64,000 nt of DNA from Takakia lepidozioides (taxonomy: Eukaryota; Plantae; Bryophyta), in NCBI GenBank assembly GCA_030704615.1, contig CM060732.1, forward strand, positions 69,998,001-70,062,000, given 5' to 3'. Below, in pieces: positions 63,701-64,000 of this stretch. The notes beneath the pieces were generated by a model, which was not told the origin of the DNA, ran no database searches, and worked only from the letters and a program-made list of their open reading frames with translations. A program made the translations under genes and the position numbers. How positions within the stretch are numbered: the first letter of the stretch is position 1; every line of letters starts with the position of its first letter.

Positions 63701-64000
63701 AACGAGCCAAGAGGTTCAAGGTGGGAGGGGACACACCTGCTCCGAGTGTGGGAGTATGGGCAGAGTGAGGATTGTGCCTCACCCAACACATCGGGCACGG
63801 TATGCGGCATGCCCATTAGAGTTGGGGCATTTTGGGTGGCTACGCACTGGCATTTGGGGTGCGACGCACTCATAGTCTACTGCAGGCAGTATTGGTGGCG
63901 TGGTATGCACAGAGGTGCAACATTTTGTGGCTAGGTGCATGGTGTGTGACGGGTGCGTGCTTCATTCAACGCCCCTACTCCACAATTGCACCCTCTTCCG
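57729..64000 (+). mobile_element. Ty3/Gypsy retrotransposon with domain order gag-PR-DNMT-RT-RH-INT (frameshifted, runs off the window)
   Basis: Gag with knuckles CWTCGGPHVKRDC and CGHCGKYGHVDAQC; protease VLLDSGAQ; [20 protein letters not shown] and YIDD; RH LHTDWS and TDHQPL; integrase GHFG...YWW. A degenerate PBS-like TAGTACTAGAGCC lies at 57729 (weak). Confidence 0.92.
60700..61680 (+). CDS. DNMT3-like C5-cytosine DNA methyltransferase domain inside the Gypsy polyprotein (within ORF 60241-61929)
   Basis: Motif I LDLFGGISTG, II YLYVE, IV DLIVAGWPCQ, VI YILENV, VIII AHRPRLWWTNL, IX ERERAMGF, X RRQVLGQA. All are in order and uninterrupted. Confidence 0.92.

Overview
This window is repeat-rich land-plant nuclear DNA. 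Spliceosomal introns, a DYW-PPR remnant, a plastid sHSP and an RLK fragment are present; a moss-like or other non-seed plant is my inference. Only one host gene looks intact: a 3-exon chloroplast small heat-shock protein at 10973-12315. The rest is nested transposons and gene remnants. The main discovery is an apparently complete 14.5-kb Mutator-like DNA transposon (35835-50328) with matching TIRs and a perfect 8-bp TSD, CCACGGAC. It carries two divergent spliced genes. One is a GCM-like/DDE/SWIM transposase. The other is a ~1,450-aa multi-exon protein fusing a ParB/Srx-like domain to a beta-class (N4C/N6A-type) DNA amino-methyltransferase. The element's non-coding DNA holds ~50 copies of a GGAAATTCGGCGCCGAATTTCC-type palindrome spaced at near-integral helical turns (53/63/84-85/95 bp). 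Two neighbouring degraded elements have different palindromes at the same ~53-bp period. Two further TE classes here also carry methyltransferase-like domains: a Ty3/Gypsy with a DNMT3-like C5-MTase between protease and RT, and a RLE-type LINE remnant with a chromodomain plus a PCIF1-like domain. All domain calls come from manual motif recognition; no database searches were run.
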